Shown one piece after another: positions 58,724 to 64,000 of a stretch of 64,000 bases of DNA. Each line of letters begins with the position of its first letter. The first letter of the stretch is position 1. The notes beneath the pieces were generated by a model that searched no databases, was not told the DNA's origin, and worked only from the letters and a program-made list of their open reading frames with translations. The DNA is from Phoronis australis (taxonomy: Eukaryota > Animalia > Phoronida), in the NCBI GenBank assembly GCA_002633005.1, contig NMRA01000004.1, positions 114,353-178,352 on the forward strand, written 5' to 3'. A program made the translations under genes and the position numbers.

Positions 58724-61700
58724 GTTAGTTGTTTGTGATCTATTTTATCCTAAGTTATGCAGTTGTGTAACATGTGTTGGGATTTCCCTGTAAACAGAAT
58801 TTATATCCAGGTTTTTTTTAGTTACGAGTTTAATTCATATGTTGTCACTGAAAACTAGATTAATGTTGATGACTTTAGAGATCTTAAACTACTACTAGAT
58901 TTCTTTTGTGTTTTAGGTCTTTTAACACTTAAGAGTGCATTTTTGTGAAAGGGGATGAATGTGGCCAAACTTCTTCTACTTTACAGTGATTATTTCCATT
59001 TTGAAAGGTTTTCAAGTGAAAAGGGTTGGACATATGGTCCCGAGGATGTAGCGGTCTTTGATTTTCAGAACCAGTTTATTTCCATTGCCTGTTCTCAGAA
59101 TCGGTTTGCTATCTACATCACTGCAACCTTGGCTGATCATGCAGCTCAAGTCCTGGGTTCTTTGAAGGCTCACTCAGTTTGTAAACCTAAAGTGATGAGA
59201 CTCAAGCATAAAACCAGATGGTTGTCATTCTCCTTGCAATCCTTGAACAATGCAGTGTTATTTACATATACCAGTGGTAACTACCACATCCTCTCTCTCA
59301 TTCCTTTAGTCTCCAGGGAGAGTTTTGACTGAATACCCTTGAACATTTTGTTTCAGACCCTTGAGTTGTGACTGTTTTTTTAGAGCGAATGCACATAATA
59401 ATGCCACCTAAAAAGTGATAAGTGGTCACAACAACTCTAGATGAGGAAATGGCCTTTTACTTTGGCTATGTACTATAAATTTGATTGAAAACAATTGCTA
59501 TGTTGTGTTTGCTTAGTGCAGATGCATATACTGTAGTTCTTAATGAGACTGTCTTTGTAAAACGCTGATTACCCGGATCTATTTTTTATTTTGTTGCTGT
59601 GGCCTTACAAATCTTAATCTAGTACTCTGAAACATTTTTGAAACAATGCATAATAACCCTGGTATTATGCCTGGACAATTGTTATTGTTGAAAGATATTT
59701 TGAAAATACTCACTCAGAAAGTGCATCAATAAAATCTGCAGTTTTAGAAACGTATTTTGATTTGTATGATGACTAGTAATACTTGCGGGTAATCTTGTGA
59801 GTGTGGTGTATAGACTACTGTCTATTCCAACCCTAGCACTAGATTCGTATGACTGTGCAGAATTGGAAACAAAATGATACACAACTCCAGAAAAGGCCCT
59901 CAATCTTCCCCTTTGAAAAATATTGAAAAATCACTCGGAATTCCCCTGATGATGCCTAAAAATTCCTATCAAGTGATAGAAAAATTCCCCTCGAGGTTCA
60001 AATCGCTTTTAACTCACACAGGTGACAATTTGAAAACCACAAAATGTTAGTTTTGGCTACTTGAGGCAGAGCCTATTAGGGTTTGCAACAGAGTGGGGGT
60101 GATACTGATGGTGATCGGGAAGTAGAATTTTCCCCTCATCCCGAAATGTTCCCCTTTCAGAAGGCACAGGCACATTTCCCATTGGATGAATGAGGGCCCT
60201 GCCAGAGCATTGCCACCTTTAGGGCCTTGGAAGATGTTTAAACTTTCCTGCGAAAAATTTCATCAGTTCCGGCAAAATGTGTAGTAGGTTGAAACCTCCC
60301 GTACGCATTACATGGGATTTATAAGTGGTGCTAAATGCCCATCCACCAATATCCTGATCGCCATATTGCGGGTTAGTGAGTTTCAATATGATACAACTAT
60401 TTCGAAAGTCAGCTAATCAGAAGTTAGCTTTGTGATGGCAGGTGGGTTTATAAACTGTTTAAATAAAAACCAAATAAATAGATCACTATGTCAGATAATC
60501 TGTTTTGACACATTGTGGATATTCAACAATTGTAGAAGCTTTTGAATAGTCAAAATGTAAATTTTGGCATCTTAATAATCCAAGATTTTACTGTTCATCT
60601 TTGTGTAGTAGACGAACAGACATTGCAAATGTTTATACAGAGAATTAAACATGAGATAAACAGTAAGTTAGACAAAATGGTAAGGATCAGTTTCATCAGT
60701 ATGCAAACCAAATAGAAGTTTCCAAGAAAACCACCTTATTGCTAGATTACCAGCACTGGATTGGACTTCTGATCCAGCATTTGAGTTTGGTATCATTTTA
60801 TTTTTTATCTATGTCTGGTTTCTTTTGTTTTGCAAGGCTGAGCAGTCTTTGTTGATAACAACTCTCTATTCAAGGGTTGATTGGCATCTTCTGGTTTAAA
60901 TTTGACTCCATTCCTTAGGAAATTGTGTCATTGAAAAGTGTGCAACAAATCTAAAGGTTGTGTAAATTCTTTTTTTTGAACTTGTGTAGAGTTTGACTGG
61001 CCGGCATCTAAATTAATTGCTAATGGATTTAAGTGTGATTATTTTTTATCTTTATTTAATAAGTCTTATTTGCATTATTTTTTATTTCTGAAGTCAGAGC
61101 AATTCATTCTGTTTGATAGACCCACAGTAAATCCCTATTGCTATAATGAGGTGAATTTGGTTTGTTCAAGAGTGAACACTCAGGCAATAAGGCCCTTTCC
61201 AAATTTTTTTAATTCGGTCGGGTGAGATTTGTCCATGTACACAGCAAAGTTGTGCTTTCACATTAGGCTTGACACTAAACCAGCACGGAAGTTGTCTCCC
61301 CCTGCTTCTAAGATTAGGAAAGTTATTGTCAGGCAATTTTGAACTTAAAATTTTAAACTGTCATTTTTAAGAGTCTAGTTCACATTCGGATAATTACTGA
61401 AATGAAATGGTGAAGATTCTAAGAAAGTATTTGCAAATCTTTAAGGCAGTCGTGCCGTTATTGACCGACATTTGCCGATAACTTCAATTTCACTGTTCAA
61501 ATTGAGTGTTTCTAGTGTAGCAACACGTCGACAGTGTGCTGCTCAATCTCAAGCGCGAACGAGCCCCCCCCCCCCCAATTTGGCGAAAAGGGCAAAAAGA
61601 TTACCTCAGAGAAACAAAACCTCCAAAAAAGTAGGGAACGAGACAAAAACAAAAGTCTATTAAAAAGACAGGAACTACCAAAATTAGGCGTTTGCTACAA

Positions 61701-63920
61701 AGTACAACCTATGCCTTAAAGGCTGAACGTAGCATTCTCATTGACCAATACTATCACAAGCTCAGAAACTAAGCTGAGCATTAGTAGAAAAAGACTGCAA
61801 ATTACTATTTGGCGGTAAAAATGTTTGTCTCCACGAAACACATCGGTTGTCCTACAGTCAAAAACAAAAATACAAAATATGAGTGGAAACAAGCATTTTG
61901 ATGTCCAAATGTGATACGCTGTTCAAACTGTCATCAACTCTGCCTGTGTGGTATTCATGTGGTTTGGATATTTTCAGTTTGCAGTTCATGTGTGTACCAG
62001 TTTTGCAGTCAGGGGAAAAACTGGTATTTTTCTATTTGCTGTTTGGTTGTTTAAAGTGTGATTTTTCTTTAGATAGTGAACGAAAACATCCTTGAACTGA
62101 ACCCAATATTTTCTTTTTACTTCCTGACATTGTTGTTGAAGTCTGATGACGATTTGAGAGTCAACAATTGATCTAATTAACATTTTGTGAATGACAGTGG
62201 TTTCCACTGTACCTAGTAATACAAGAATATTTGACCACTGAAGTGAATCAATATAGTTATGATCTCACGCAGCTGCTGACATAAATTTGGCTAATGTCGT
62301 GTATTTAGTTTCTGTTTCAGAATCAAAAGAAATGTCGTGCAAATTTAGGTTAACACCCAGTAAAAGAATATCAAAACTGGGAGTGGGCTTTTTGCCAAGC
62401 AAGGCCACAAAACTTTTCAATATTTGGAGGTGGAAGGTTTACTCCAACAATTGATTCACTGTAAGGCCATGTAGTTGCAAACCAGGACAGGGTTCTCCCT
62501 TAGCAAAAGTCTAAACTGAGATTTTGTGTCCTAATCCACCTTTCTGGTAATTCACAGAAGCAACCACAGTTGCTGAACACTTCCGCTAGCTGAGATTTTC
62601 ACTGATATTTTCACAGCAAAAGAATAAAAGATAAGTACTAGAGTACTACTATACAGTACAAGTCTTTTTTTACCACTTACCATTGCTATTTCAAGTGCAA
62701 AGCTCAAGTGTATAAATTCAGGATGGGTATATTAAGACTTGCCACTTTTAAATGAACATGGGCATTTAAAGGTAAAACATTTTGAAAATCAAGCCTGGGG
62801 TATTGCTGTGCTGAAGGTGGGCATAACCCATGACCTGGTGCTAGAGCAGAGTTGAATTCCACATGCAAGAGTCTCCTGGGTAAAGCTAATGAGATCACAT
62901 GTGTCGTGTGTCGAGAAGACTTGCCTGGTGATCTTCCTGGACCATAATCCATGAATGTGATCTTGCCAACTCAGGTTACATTCACTGCCATCCTGGGCAA
63001 GCAAGGACTCTTTGCGCAATAATGCTGATGATAATTCCATATTTTCATCATTTCAGCCGTGTGTGTTTATTTTTCCAGCCTTCTGTGACAGCCCATCAAA
63101 ACTTCATCATGTCTTAACTGCTCTAGGGTTTCCTCTAGTCCTAAACATTTATAGTTTTATATCTGTTGAATGTCTACCAGGATTCTTTACTGTTATTTGG
63201 TGCAGATAATTTGCAGATAAGGGTAATTCTATTTTGTAATATTTCTCCACAAAATATCTAGAAAATGTTTGTCTATATTTCTCATGGTTTGTTTTGTGAA
63301 AATTTTTTGAACAAGATTTAGTAAAGGTTCTATTGAAAAAAATGACAAGTGGAAAATCTGTATTTCCCAACAGATTGCTCACGTGCTCTTGCAGTAAAAA
63401 GTTGGCAATCCGCACTTTTGCTTTTGTTTAAGTTTTGCTTTTAGAGTGTTCTTGCTGAATTCTTTCAGACAAAAAAAACAAAAAAATGTACGAATCTTAC
63501 TTCCTGTCAAACACTTCCTTTCAAACGTTTTGTAAATAGTAAATACCTTCAATGCTCCAGTTCGGTTCCAATTGTAGCCAATGTTTTTCTTGCTGTGAGT
63601 GAATCCATTGGGAATGCCTATGGCATTTTTTATATTCCAACAAAAATTATTGCGAAAATCATCATTTTCCATTTTTCAAAAAGCTGTGTTGCTAAAAATA
63701 CTCCAATAATAACAGCTGCACTACACAAAGTGTTAAAATTATGAATAACTCTTTCCATTTATTTTTGTTGAAAAAGTTGACGAAGTGCAATTTCAGGGTT
63801 CTGCCATATTGTACTCTAAATTCGCAAAGCTTTATCCCAGCAGCAACCACTGTGCTATAACAATAACGAGATCAGTAACCCAACCGAATTTTTTTGATTT
63901 AGATTTGTGAAATCAAGTGA

Positions 63921-64000
63921 TTTTTATGCGCCCACATATTTGTATGTGGACGCATTATGCCGTCATCTCCGTCCGTCCGTCTGTTCGGGCGGCATCCGTC
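63921..64000 (+). mobile_element. 5' end of a second HINE/Helentron-like copy
   Basis: ttttatgcgcccacatatttgtatgtggacgcattatgccgtcatctccgtccgtc nearly identical to 16483-16540. Confidence 0.75.

Noticed and set aside
58955-59332. 125-aa ORF as possible USP31 exon 2
   Set aside because: No USP similarity; no further USP exon recognised up to 64000.
62704-63040. Minus-strand NLSWQDHI...FNSALAP resembling the tail of a CR1/L2-type reverse transcriptase
   Set aside because: Suggestive of an old LINE fragment but needs frameshifts and cannot be supported without a search.

Overview
Intron-rich animal (invertebrate-like, AT-rich) nuclear DNA from a draft assembly, with single-n joins at 1488 and 8429 and an N gap at 51590-52359. 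It holds four host genes: (1) an SLC15/POT proton-coupled oligopeptide transporter on the minus strand (4 coding exons, running off the left edge); (2) a complete OGDH (2-oxoglutarate dehydrogenase E1) on the plus strand, 14212-50671, manually spliced to 3015 nt / 1004 aa, with two 103-nt mutually exclusive third exons; (3) an intronless TRMT5 on the minus strand; (4) the first coding exon of a USP31/43-like deubiquitinase on the plus strand. Most short ORFs in the track are noise. Main leads: the OGDH mutually exclusive exon pair at the vertebrate Ca2+-site position, with a candidate intronic RNA stem, RBFOX motifs and a possible microexon; decayed tandem copies of OGDH exon edges that leave decoy splice sites; two palindromic insertions sharing a direct repeat-hairpin-tail-direct repeat layout and hammerhead-like cores (Penelope-like); a HIRAN-like pseudogene in a TA-ending element; a MITE family with 6-bp TSDs; Helentron/HINE-like arrays carrying CTCF-consensus motifs. 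All calls are from manual reading; no searches or folding were run.
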